Below, one piece after another: positions 36,843 to 49,890 of a stretch of DNA of 64,000 nucleotides (within the stretch, counting starts at the first letter, position 1; each line of letters starts with the position of its first letter). Position numbers and translations under genes: made by a program. The DNA lies in assembly GCF_963921235.1 (NCBI RefSeq), contig NC_086117.1:45508001-45572000 (forward strand). The letters run 5' to 3'. The DNA is from Mobula hypostoma. Lineage: Eukaryota. The notes under the pieces are model-generated. The model was not told the DNA's origin. It saw only the letters and a program-made list of their open reading frames with translations, and did no database searches.

Positions 36843-37657
36843 AAATTATGAGGGATACCGATAGGGTGCACCTATTCAGGATTTTTTTAACCTCACATTG
36901 TTTGAGATGAGAACTGTAGGTTTAGGGTGAAAGGTAAAATATTTAAGAGGAACCTGAGAAGAAACCTCTTCACTCAAAGGTGGCGGAAGTGTGAAAAGTT
37001 GCCAGCGAAAATGGTAGAGATGAAGGTCCAATTGTAACATACAAGAGAAGTTTAGATATATACGTGGATGAGAGGGGTATGGAGGACTATTGTCTGGGTG
37101 CAGGTAGATGGGACTAGGCAGACACAGACTTGATGGTCCAAAGGGCCCGTTTCTATGCTGTAGTACTCTATGACACTATTATCTGCAGACTTTGCTCCTG
37201 ACTCTGTACCTTATCAAATGATTCCAAATGGAGATCATCTCGAAATGAATGGGACTTGGCACATCTTTATCCAATTAAACTGAGCTTACTTATCTCATAC
37301 GGCAAATTTACAACTGATATCCAGACTATGACAAAGACAGGCCTTATATGAAACCAAAATAATACCGTGAATGTGAAGGAAGACGACAATTATACATGGA
37401 ATGGCACAAAATTAAGGTAATCATCCACATGGATTAGTAGCTAGACATCCCTTTGAGTGTTGACTCTATAGAGGTAGGATGAACATTTTCTGAAGTACAG
37501 GTCAAAGAGAAATGAGCCAGTGGTTCACATTCATTCATGCTGCCATAAATGAATTGACAAGACCTCAAAACAGCCCAGTTCTGAGGTGTCGGCCGGGATC
37601 TGAGCTCGAGATGCTCAAAACTGCAAAGAAGCAGCAGGGAGAAGTAATAGTAAGTAA

Positions 37658-38595
37658 CACTGGACAACACATTTTTTTTCAAAAGTGTTGCTTCCTCAGT
37701 ATTTTTTTATGATAGATCCCTTGAAGCTGAACACTAATATAATTTCAGACTATTTGTATCAGATAGGAAATTGGATAAACAAGTTAACTTTTATTGAATA
37801 TATTGCGTTTAATTGTGTAACAGCTGATTCTTTGCAATAGTTCAACTTCACTAAAATTGTTTTGTTGATGATTTTCGTTTGTACTCGGTGTCTGAGGGTT
37901 CTTGCTTAAGTGTCCAACAATAATCAGCCAGCATTGATGGACTCCATTTGCGGGTATCATTTCTCCAGGACCACAATGTCCTTGTGAAACCCTTCACCAT
38001 GCTCGTCACTGACAATGCTAAGATTTTCAGGGAAGAAGTTTAAATGGGAATGCAGAAAATGAATCTTCAGTGACGTGGTTTTGTATGCTTCATCTATGTT
38101 GTCAACCAGCTGCACTTTGTTTGGTGCTCTGCAGTTGCCAATAATTTTTTTTAACAACATCTCCGAATATCTTCCATGCAATTTTCTATGGTCCCACTAG
38201 AGGTTCTTTGAATTGTCTGTCATTGAGGCCTGTTTAATTTGTGGATCAACAAAAATGCCTTCCTTAATCTTGGCATCAGTTATTCTGGGAAACATCTGTC
38301 TCAGCTATTGAAATCCTTCATGTTAATTTATAGCCTTTCTAAAACCTGTCCTGCTATGCAGCATCCACCCTACCTAAGCATGCCCAAAAATGCCTGGACA
38401 AGACAGAAAACTTTTCAGCTTACATTGTGGGCAACATTTTAATTGACGAATTATGAATTGAAGTAACAAATATAGGTAATTTCAAAGAAATGGTGCATGA
38501 TAGGGAAGTTCCACGATGATTTTCATGATCAGCAGCCCAAAATCCATAAAATGCACCCAGAAGTATTCAGGAAGCAAAATCTTTGTTGTCCAGTG
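37658..38595 (-). mobile_element. Internally deleted Chapaev3 (CMC) DNA transposon
   Basis: TIRs CACTGGACAACA / TGTTGTCCAGTG. Transposase C-terminal remnants FPRITDAKIKEGIFV and SLKIHFLHSHLNFFPENLSIVSDEHGEGFHKDI. Confidence 0.8.
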
Positions 38596-39807
38596 AATAT
38601 AGCGCACAACACCAGGGTACTCGTGCAAGGAGAGGGTAAGACTATCATTTAGTTAAAGGTAAGATTAAACAGAGAAGAGGTGGTAAAGGATGTCTTGTCA
38701 GTTCAGCTCCAATCTAAAGGTACAGTGTATTCAATACCTGTGAGGATAAAAAAGACTCGAAGAGGACAGCAAAATGTTGAGCCTGTGCAGGGTAAAATAA
38801 ATTACTCCGCTCTGTAGGAATCTATAATTAGGGGCAAGGACAGTAACCCAGAACTTTGATCACTGTTTTTTTTAAACCTGAGTTATGACTTTATTCAGAA
38901 TGAAAAGCGAAGGGGAGTATTCCCTGGTTATTTTGTGTCAGGCTGCAAATTGGACTGGGCACTCTGTGTGATTGGCCCTTGTACCTCTAAATGTGATCTT
39001 CAAATCAACCATGTTTGGGCTGCAGCCATTACCAAGCAACATCTCTGCTCAAGGGTTGCATGAAAATAGGACAAAATGGTCTAAGAAGTGCATTATTGTG
39101 CATCTTTAAAATGATTAGGTTCTAAGAATGCTACAGCAGGTTAGTCCTCCTGTAAGCTAAGTTCTATAATTAACTTTCATTTTTTAGACTTCCCAGCACC
39201 CCCACAACATACAATGATGATCCCCCATTCTGATGTTGTTCTCCCAAACCTTCCCCCTGTCCCAGGCACAGCCCAAATCTTCTGAACCAAGACCCATGCC
39301 CCACCTTTCCATGAGCCTTCCCAATAAACAATCTCCTTCCCCACCCTCCTGATCCTCTCAACTGCTCATTTTCACCAGCTCAGCCAGCATATGGAGAACC
39401 CCTTTCAACCTCCAACAGCTTGATTGCTGCCTCTGAACCACACTCCCCCTTCCTGGCCTCGACCTTTCTAAAACACCCACCCCACCTTCCATTTACCTTG
39501 CACGTGAACAGAATCCCCAGCTTCAATCCTTTTGCCAAGCCTCGTGGCTTTTTCCCCTGGTCCCCCAATTGCCTGGGTCCTGTACGACACACTTTTGGCA
39601 ATGCAATATGCAAAACCTTTTCAGTAGTGACTGAAGCTCATGCTGCAACTGCTACTTAATAAAGAAAATTGGGATCGACAAATGAAACATTCGCAAGAGC
39701 TCCAATATGATAATCTAGCACATTCATTTGGGTGCTCCAGAATTTCCAGGCCAGTGTGGTTTGTACCAAGATCCAAGAGTGCACAAGAGTTTATTACCAA
39801 CATAGTC

Positions 39808-40158
39808 ATAGAAACATAGAAAACCTACAGCACAATACAGGCCGTTTGGCCCACAAAGCTGTGCCGAACATGTCCCTACCTTAGAACTACCTAGGCTTTA
39901 CCCATAGCTCTCTATTTTTCTAAGTTCCATGTAGCCATCCAGGAGTCTCTTAAAAGACCCTATCGTTTCTGCCTCCACCGCCGCCGGTAGCCCATTCCAC
40001 GCACTCACCACTCTCTGCGTAAAAAACTTACCCCTAACATCTCCTCTGTATCTACTTCCAAACACCTTAAATCTGTGCCCTTTTGTGCTAGCCATTTCAG
40101 CCCTGGGGAAAAGTCTCTGACTATCCACACAATCAATGCCTCTCATTATCTTGTACAC
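39808..40158 (-). mobile_element. CR1 3' end (young subfamily)
   Basis: ORF 39898-40158 is nearly identical to the end of 36268-36753. Confidence 0.92.
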
Positions 40159-40529
40159 AAGACAGCCACTTTGAAATGGCAGGAATATATTCTGATCAGA
40201 GAGCTGGAGGATCCAAAAGTTGTATTTAACAAATAGTAATAAAGAAGTGTTTAGATGAAAAGCAGAATGTTAGTGACTAAGACACAGACAGATTAAGGTT
40301 AATGTATGGATAAACTGTGAAATGGGGTGGAAACATTTCATTGTAAAGACACTGGCAGCAGTGCTGCCACAGGAAGGACATTTAACATTTGGATGGGCAG
40401 TCCCTGAACAAGAAACACACACAAATGCTGGAGGAACTCAGCAGGCCAGGCAGCATCCATGGAAAAGAGTACAGTCGATGTTTTGGGACGAGACCCTTCT
40501 GAACAAGAACAATGCTCCCAAATGATTTT

Positions 40530-41590
40530 AATCCTTTAATGCTCACTTTGTCCGACATAATATGGAAGCACGTTCACAAGTCCTCACAGCCTCAACAACC
40601 CTGTGATTTTAGCCTGAGGCTGTAAGAGCCCCTTCAGGAAGGTGAACCTACAGAAAGTATCTGGCTCAGACGGTATACTGGAGACCTACACTAACCAACT
40701 GTCTGGAATGTTCAAAGAGATCTTCAACCTCTCGCTTTGGCAGACTGAGGATCCACCTGCTTCAAAAGGCTGCAGTCGTACTGGTGCCCAAGAAAAACGT
40801 GGTAACCTGCTTCAGTGACTATCGCCCAGTACCACTTACATCCATTGTGAGGAAGCGCTTTGAGAGGTTGATCATGAAGCATATGAACTCCTGCCTGAAG
40901 AGTGACATGGATCTGCTCCAATTTGCCTACCATCACAACAGGTCAACTGCAGATGCTATTTCATTGGCTCCTCACTCAGCTCTGGGACACCCAGACAATG
41001 TAGATGCATATATCTGAATGCTCTTCATTGACTACAGCTCAGCATGCGTTCCCTCAAAACTAATCACTAAGCTTCAAGACCTGGGCCTTGATACCTTTCT
41101 CTGCAAATGGATCCTTTGTTTTCTCACTTGCAGACCCCAGAAGGTACAGATGGCAACATCTCCTCCATAATCACTATCAGCATCTACTCGCTATGATTGC
41201 ATGGCTGAGTACATGCTCATGACACCGCTGTTGTTGGTCAATTTCTTCTTGCTACTACCATTGGGCAAGAGGTACAAGACTCTTGGATCCCACGGCACCA
41301 GGTTCAGAAACAGTTATTACCCTACAGCCATCAGGCTTCTGAACCAGCATGGATAACTTCACTCAATTCAACTCTGAACTGATCCCACAATCTAGAGGCT
41401 CACTTTCAAGGTCTCTACAATTTTTGTTCTCAATTTTTATATGTATATCTATCTATCATGTGGGTTGTTTGTCAGTCTTTATTTATGTATAGTTTTTCAT
41501 AAATTATATTGCATTTCTTTATTTTCCTGTAAATGCCTGCAAGAAAATGAATGTCAAGTTAGTATATGGTGACACATGCATACTTTCACT
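40530..41590 (+). mobile_element. Rex1/Babar LINE fragment
   Basis: VPKKNVVTCFSDYRPVPLTS...QFAYHHNRSTADAIS. Confidence 0.85.
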
Positions 41591-42469
41591 TACTTCCACC
41601 TACCCCCTCTTCTCATCTCTTCCCCTCACCTCTTTATCTTGCCTCCACACTTCCAGTGCTGATGCAGGGTCACAATTCAAAGTATTGACCATCTCCTTGC
41701 CTCTACAGGTGCTGTTTAATCCACTGAGTTCCTCCAGGAATGTGTTTTCCATAAAAAAAGAATAGCTAGGCTGCTCATAAAACTTTAAACAATGCTGGAA
41801 TCTTTAGAAGGTACCATAAAAGAGCCAGGAATAAACAGGAAAGAACAAACTAAAAGAAAGAACAGAGAAAGCACAAATGGTTAGAAATTAAATAAGTCAG
41901 TCTTTAATAACCATTATAAAATGGAAGAATAATAATTGACTATTCTGACAACAATGTGTGCAATGTTTAAAACAAAATGAGTAGACAATGCAATAATTTA
42001 TGGGCAAGATCTTGATATTGTGAAGATGACTGAAACACAGCTATACTGTGAATACAATTGGCTTCAAAATTTTTCTTAATATATCACTGCCACAAAAAGC
42101 AAAGACAAGACAGGCAGCAGCTAGACTAGTGAAAAACTGTATAAAAATAGAAGTTCTGGAAATTCTCAGGTCAGGTAGCTTTTAAAGAAAGAGGAACATT
42201 CTCCTTGACCTGCTGAGTGCTTCTTGGAGTTTCTGTTTCTATTTCAGATTTCGAACAACAATTGTTGTTGATATTCAAGGATATTACAATGGCATTAGGA
42301 CAAAAGACAAAACTGGCACTAAATAAACTAACAGAAATTATTTTAACAGATTGACTTGAAAGATGGGGGACATTATTTAAACCAGCAGTAGAGGAAATAA
42401 ATTTGAAGAAACTGGTTTGTAAGTATGTGAATATAGTAATAATTATCAGGGATTTCCAATATCCTCAAA

Positions 42470-43365
42470 AATCAAAGTTCAAAATAAAATTTATTATCAG
42501 AGTACATACATGTCACCACACACAACCCTGAGATTCTTTTTCCTGCAGGCATACATAGCAAATCTCTAGAATGGTACATGTAAACAGGATCAATGAACAA
42601 CAAATTTGTGCATATGCAAATAGCAATAAATAACAAATATGAAACAACATGGAATGAAAGAGCATGAAATAACAAGACAATGTTTCATGTGGATGTGTTC
42701 AATGGTTGGGAGGAGGGCTTTACCTGTGATGTACTGGGCCAAATCCACTACTTTCTGTAGGATTTTCCACTTGAAGGCATTGGTGTTACTGACCCTCTCC
42801 TCCTCTGAGTACTGACTCACGGACCTCTGATTTCCCTCTCCTGAAGTCTACAATCCGTTCCTTGGTCTTATTGAAAGTGAGTGAGAGGTTGATGTTATTA
42901 CATCACTCAGCCAAATTTTCAATCTCCTTCCTGATTTATCACCAACTTTGATAGAGACCACACAGTGGTGTCATCAGCAAACATATATGGCGTGCAGGGA
43001 GCTAAGCACACATGCCTGTGGTGTTCCTATGCTGATGGGAGATTGCGAAGGGGATATTTTTGCCATTCCAAACTCACTGGGGTCTACAAGTGAGGAGATC
43101 CAGGATCCTAATACACAAGGGGGTATTGAGGCCCAGGTCTTGGAGTTCACTGATTAGTTTTGAAAGGATGATTTTATTAAATGCTGAGCTGTAATCAATA
43201 AAGAACATCCTGATTTACACATCCTTGCTGTCCAGATGTTCCAGGGTTTTGTGAAGAGCCAATGAAATGGCATCTGCTGAGGACCTGTTACTTCGGTAGT
43301 CAAACTGATCCAAGTTGCCGCTCAGGCAGGAACTGATGGGTTTCAACACCAGCCTCAAAAATGCT
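42470..43365 (-). mobile_element. Rex1/Babar LINE fragment
   Basis: QFDYRSNRSSADAISLALH, FADD-region sequence, and a 3' end AATAAATTTTATTTTGAACTTTG. Confidence 0.82.
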
Positions 43366-43621
43366 GGTGGGAAGAAGCAGCGAAAAGAGAAACAGAAACC
43401 AGTGTCACAGACTGCTTTGGTACGCATTAACGTCCAGTAAACAAAGAACCACCACAAGACTTTGCAAAAGTTAGTGGGGCACAAAAAATAAAGAAATGAA
43501 GCTTAGGAAGTACCATAATGGAGTATTTTCAAATATTAGGATTAAGCATGGCATTAGGACATGAAAGAATGGAATAGTAGATGGGTAAAGAGAAATAATG
43601 AGAAAATAGGCATAGTATTAA

Positions 43622-46600
43622 TAGTCCGTGAGCCAGTAAGGTTGGTTGGTACCATCTGAGGGGAATAATGCTCATTGTGACTTTTGGCAAGGTATACACC
43701 TCTAGAGCTGAAAAATATGTGATAGCATTGCACCAGTGGTAGCTTTGTGTGTGCTATCACGCATTTTATAACACTACCCCAAAATAAGCATTTCTGAAAA
43801 GTGGCCAATATAAAGTACAACATACATATTCAACCTAGTGGTATTTTGTCATCAGTGATCACTCAACATTGAAATTTGTCACAACGTTAACTGAGTTCAA
43901 GCACTTCTCATCAAATATTGTTATAAAATTATACATTGAAAACTATGTCATTGGTGGCACTTGCAGTACAGTGTGCGCAGCCCTCCAGTGAAAAATATCG
44001 TATCTGTTAATAGGGGCCGTGGACAATTCTGATTTGATGGAGAATGGACATAAAAGCACAGAGGAACATCTGCAGAAATTTCTGAAACGCCCATTTGCTG
44101 CTGTCATTACCACGTGGTCAGGAATCTTTCAGAGGGTAGGCCTCAAAATCCCCGGCCTTGCCTGCTTTTGGTGACCGAGAAGGAGGTCGATTCGTTCGAA
44201 CAGAGATGGCGCTCAGTACTCGGTGTCGGAGAGCTGACCAGAGCTTGAAGTTTTCAGATGACTCAGAGTCGGATTGTGGTTGGTATGGCAGGGAGAGCTT
44301 TTCTTCCTTCTTCCGTCTGTGTGAGATGTGGGACATTTGAGAAACTTTGAACTTTATTGTGCTCATGGACTTCATCAAGTTATGGTATTGTTACACTGTT
44401 TGTAACTATATGTTATAATTATGTGGTTTTGTTAGTTTTTTCAGTTTTGGTTTGTCCTGTGTTTTGTGATATCACACTGGAGGAAATAATGTATCATTTC
44501 TTAATGCATGCATTACTAAATGATAATAAAAGAGGACTACGTGTCTTCATAATCATATCATAATTTCAGTAGAGTGAATCATTTCATTTTTAGAAAAATA
44601 TTTGTCTGATATTTATTTTGGAAAAGTCAATAAAAACCCTAGGACACATATAATCACATGGATTTGTAGAGAATTTATTCAGGAATTCAGATAATCACTT
44701 TTTGTATATATTCCATATTAACATCAGTACAGCAGAAAATGTTACCCCACCCCTCAAAAGGTAAAAAAACCTCATTTGGAGAGATTTCTGGAGTTTTATC
44801 AATGTCATATTTTCCATATTGTTGTATCAAATCAAAATAATCTTCAGCTTTTGCCATAGCATATAAAATTACAGTACAATAATTCAAATGTGGCGTTCCA
44901 CACGGCCATAACCTAGGCTCCATTTGGTTGTAAAATTAATATATCTAATCAAAGACCGTTTTCCACACTTCATTTTCCATACTTTCATAACCTATTAATA
45001 ATAATAATAATTTTCCAAGTCTTCCACACCTTTATCTGAACTTTCCACACTCTCTGAGGTGGATGCCTGGTTCTCACAGTCTGCCAGTCTACACATGTCA
45101 GTACACCTGAGGCCATTTGCAACACACATACATCTTGGGAGTGAACATTTTTTTGGACAGTTACAGGCCAGTAGATTCAGGACGGCATCGGGTGCTGGCT
45201 GGCCTTCCATCCAGTGCACCACCAACTGTTCAGCTTCCTCTTCTCTCTCCATCTTCCATCCTCTGCCAACAGGGCTTGGCACTTGTGGGTCCTTCTCCAA
45301 ACATCTTCTCCATATACCAGCCTGGTAGTTGGCTCGCTGTCCCTCTGACGAGAGGCACGCAGAAGACCGAGTACTACGTTCTCTACCATGTCAAAGTATG
45401 ATATCCAGAATGCAGATAACTCTCCATTGTAGTGACAAAGGTGTTCCAGAAAGTCTGTCCACAGGGTTATCAGCTCAGCTAAGAGTGGACTTTGCAGCAG
45501 ATTGTTCAACTTCTGTTGGTTCAAGTCACTGGCCATGTCGTTCACATGGTCTAAGAATGATTTGATCATCTCACTCCTCTCTGGAACGTTGTCCTCAACC
45601 CACGGTGTGAACTCTGCCCATGTGAATCTCACATGGATTCATGGATTCATCTATGGCTTCATAGATGTACCTGTGGATCCTGACAGCATGGTTGTAGTGT
45701 TTACCATCAAGGACTCCATTGATGGACCCCTCTGCGACAATTCCAGTCTTTATGCATATGTCCTTTAGACCAGCATCCCGAAATCGCTTTCCTAGGATGG
45801 CTAAGGCATTACATATGGTATGGAATGTCCCCATCCTGAGAACAATGTTGGAGAAGTGCTCTTTGTGCTTCCAGGCAATTTCAGTGGCTTTTGCATAGAG
45901 TGCTTGATCCATAACTACCACAATTGTTTCTAGATGAAGTTCCTTCCTGATTAGCTCTGATTGGTTCAGGATTTCAGATACTGTGGTCAACTCTGTGGCT
46001 GGTGAATTGATGGTTGGCAGATACCCAACAATATCTTGTGAGATTGGTTCTTGGTCCCTGGTGCTGATATTAAAACCAGTCCAGCTTGGATTGTCTGATT
46101 CTCTGGATCTGTTTGCCTTGCAAGTATCCACACCAGGTTCTTCTTGCAGGCAGTAAGAGCAGCTTCCTTGGTTTCCTGGACACAGTGTTCCCTGGTGGGG
46201 AGAGGCTGTGGGCCCACACGTGGACCTGCTACATATACAAACATTGTACTTCCAGTTCTTGGTCCTCAATGGTGACTGATCTCTGCTTCAGTTTCTCAAT
46301 GTGTGGAAGTTTGGCAGATGTGTTCCATAGACACTGGCCTGTACCACTATGCCATTGACTCTGTGTGATGTACCCTTTCCAGTGAAAGTTTCCTCAAGTC
46401 TATCGATATTGTCCCATGCAAGACTGGTGAAGACATGAGGCTTGATGGAGGCTGGAAGTACAGCTCTCTGGTTGGAGGCTGTTGCTAGCTTTTGGAGACA
46501 CAGAGCAGTGTCATTCTCTTCAGGTTGGGAATAAGACACCCATGTCCAAGCCTGTTCAGTGTTTGGATGAGCTCAGTGTTACCCGCCAGTGTTTTTACTG

Positions 46601-46781
46601 CATAAGGGAGTAGAAGGTGCTTTGGTGGTTTATGTTGATCACATGTCACAGGTACCACCGCTGCAATGCTATCACATATTTTCTAGCACTAGGGGTGTAT
46701 ACCTTGCCAAAAATCACTATAAGAATTATTACCCTCAGATGGTACCAGTGGCCCAAATTTGGGGTCCTGGCTCACGGATAA
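43622..46781 (-). mobile_element. Internally deleted Academ-type (AcademX-like) DNA transposon
   Basis: ~130-bp TIRs beginning TAGTCCGTGAGCCAG (43622-43750 and 46645-46781). Coding remnants WDNID..TGKGTSH, WTGFN, GYLPTINSPAT, MDQALYAKA, RMGTFH, GKHYN and a Cys-rich C-terminus CNCPKKC...CMC...CTDMC...CEN. Confidence 0.78.
43972..44560 (+). mobile_element. ~600-bp non-autonomous retroposon, copy 3 (nested in the Academ element)
   Basis: Reverse-complement match to copies 1 and 2. Lacks roughly the first 25 nt (the head). Tail ATAATCATATCATAAT. Confidence 0.8.
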
Positions 46782-47331
46782 TAAACAGAAAGAAAATTCT
46801 GAAAAATAAGCAGAGATAACAGTAAACAAGGTGGATTTTATAATCCGGCAGAGGGTTCTCAAGACCATTCCTCCTGGCTGAATTTCACTGAATTACAATG
46901 TACAAGTTGCCTAAGCTTCAAGGTTGAATCAGAACCCTGGCCAAGCAATGTCAGAACTTTCTGGGCCTGTATCTGCCAGCTGACAGCAAACTTAATTTAA
47001 TGTCAAAATGGAGGAGTTGAGGTCAGTCACACCCCATAGTTCACACCCTCCAACACGTCAGGGAGCTCACTGAGCCCCCAGATCCATTGAAAAATCTACT
47101 GTACATATATTTTCTTTCCTGTTTACAATGAAGCTACTGAATATGACTTGCAAAAACCTTTACTTAAACATGTACATATATATTCTGACTGTAGGAGAAG
47201 TTAGAACCCTCATGGTTTGTTTACTTAGCTTAAATTTTGTTTTAATTCATGCAGAAAGAGCCTTGTTGAAAGCTGTATCAAATGCAGTAGAGATAATGAA
47301 TTAAGAAAATAGGGAGAAATGCTCACAAGTA

Positions 47332-49890
47332 ATACACACAAAATGCTGGAGGAACTCAGCAGGCCAGGCAGTATCTATGGAAAAGAGTTAACAGTTGATG
47401 ATTTGGGGCAAGACCATTCATCAGGACTGGTGAGAGAAGCTGACAAGTCAGGATAAGAAGATGGGAAGAGGAGAGGAAGAAGTACAAGGTGGCAGGTGAT
47501 AGGTGAAACCGGGAGGGAGGGGTGAAGCAAAGAGCTGAGAAGTTAATTGGTGAAAAAGGTAAAAGGGCTGGGCGGGGAGAACAGAAGGACATGGAAGAAA
47601 GGGAAGGGGGAAGAGCAGCAGAAGGAGGTGATGGGCAGGTAAGGAGCTAGGATGAGAGAGGGAAATGGGAATGGGGAATGGTAAAAGTGTGTGGGGGGGG
47701 GGCTGCCATTACTGGAAGTTTGAGAAATTGATGTTCATGCCATCAGTTTGGAGGCTCCCCAGATGGAATACAAAGTATTGTTCCTTCTGAGATGCAACGG
47801 GACTTGGGAGTCCTCGTACAGGATACCCTTAAAGTTAACCTCCAGGTTGAGTCAGTAGTGAAGAAGGCGAATGCAATATTGGCATTCATTTCTAGAGGAA
47901 TAGAGTATAGGAGCAGGAATGTGATGATGAGGTTCTATAAGGCGCTGGTGAGACCTCACTTGGAGTACTGTGGGCAGTTTTGGTCTCCTTATTTAAGAAA
48001 GGATGTGCTGATGTTGGAGAGGGTACAGAGAAGATTCACTAGAATGATTCCGGGAATGAGAGGGTTAACATATGAGGAACATATGAGCGAACATTTGTCC
48101 GCTCTTGGACTGTATTCCTTGGAGTTTATAAGAATGAGGGGAGACCTCATAGAAACATTTCGAATGTTGAAAGGCATGGACAGAGTGGATGTGGCAAGGT
48201 TGTTTCCCGTGATGGGGGAGTCTAGTACGAGAGGGCATGACTTAAGGATTGAAGGGCACCCATTCAGAACAGAAATGCAAAGAAATTTTTTTAGTCAGAG
48301 GGTGGTGAATCTATGGAATTTGTTGCCACGGGCAGCAGTGGAGGCCAAGTCATTGGGTGTATTTAAGGCAGAGATTGATAGGTATCTGAGTAGCCAGAGC
48401 ATCAAAGGTTATGGTGAGAAGGCGGGGGAGTGGGACTAGATGGGAGAATGGATCAGCTCATGATAAAATTGCGGAGCAGACTCGATGGGCCGAATGGCTG
48501 ATTTCTGCTCCTTTGTCTTATGGTCTTATGGTCTAATATGAGTATCGCCTCATCGCAGCAGTAAAGAGGGCCAAGGACCGACATATCGGAATGGGAAGTG
48601 GAATTAAAATGGGTGGCAACTGGGAGATCCCATTTTTTCCGGTGGACAGAGCATAGATACTTGGCGAAGCGGCCTCCCAATCCACGTCAGGTCTCACTGA
48701 TATACAGGAGGCCACACCAGGAACACCGGATACAGCAGATGACCCCAATAGACTCACAGGTGAAGTGTCGCCTCACCTGGAAGGGCTATTTGGGGCCCTG
48801 ACTGGGAGTGAGGGAGGAGGTGTAGGGGCAGGTGTGGCTCTTGTTCCGCTTGCAAGAATAAGTGCCAGGAGGGAGATCAGTGGGGAGGGATGAATAGACA
48901 AGGGAGTTGTGTAGGGGGTGAGCCCTGCAGAAAGCAGATAGTAGTGTGGAGGGAAAGATGTGCTTAGTGGTGGGATCCTGTTGGAGATAGCAGAAATTAC
49001 AGAGAATTATATGCTGGATATGGAGGCCGGTGGGGTGGTGGGTGAGGACAAAAGAAACCCTATCCCTGGTGGGGTGGCAGGAGGATGGGGTGAGGGCACA
49101 CGTGCGTGAAATGGAGGAGATGCGGTTGAGGGCAGCAATGATGGTGGAAGAAAGGAAGCTCTTTTTTTTAAAAAGAAGGTAGACATCTCTTTAGTTCTGG
49201 AATGGAAAGCCTCGTCCAGAGAACAGATGGGGTGGAGACGGAGGAACTGAGAGAAGGGGGTGGCATTTTTACGAGAAACAGGGTGGGAAGAAGTATAGTC
49301 TAGGTAGTTGTGAGGATCTGTGGGTTTATAAAAGGCGTTAGTGGATAAGCTCTCTCCAGAGATAGAGACAGAGAAATCGAGAAAGGGGAGGTAGGTGTCA
49401 GAAATGGACCAGGAAAAATTGAGGGTAGGGTGGAAATCGGAGGCTTCGATGAAGTCGATGAGTTCCACATGGGTGCAGGAGGCAGCACCAATACAGTCGT
49501 TGATGCAGCACAGGCAAAGTAGGGGAGTGATACCAGTGCAGGCTGGTATAGACTGTTCCATGTAACTAATAAAAAGGCAGGAATAGCTGGGACCCATGCG
49601 AGTGCCCTTGGCTACACCTTCTGTTTGAAGGAAGTGGGCGGAGCTGAAGGAGAAATTATTGAGAGGATCAGTTCCGCCAGGTGGAGAAGAGTGATGGTGG
49701 AGGGAAGCTGGTAGGGTCTGGTGTCCAGAAAGAAATGGAGAGCTTTGAGGCCTTCCTGGTGGGGAATGGAGATGTTTTGGGGACTGGGCAGCCAGAGTAA
49801 AAGTAAGGTGATCGAGGTCAGGGAACTTGAAGTCATTGAAAAGATTAAGAGCACATGAAGTGTCATGGATGTACGTGGATGGCCTCCACT
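47332..49890 (-). mobile_element. Penelope-like element, left arm (interrupted by CR1)
   Basis: ORF 49007-49897 (GVAKGTRMGPSY...LPFLDFSVS...YKPTDPHNYLDYTSSHP) plus the GIY-YIG region. Confidence 0.88.
47786..48534 (+). mobile_element. Young CR1 3' fragment inserted in the Penelope arm
   Basis: Open 215-aa RT C-terminal ORF 47792-48439 and a (TCTTATGG)n tail. Confidence 0.92.
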
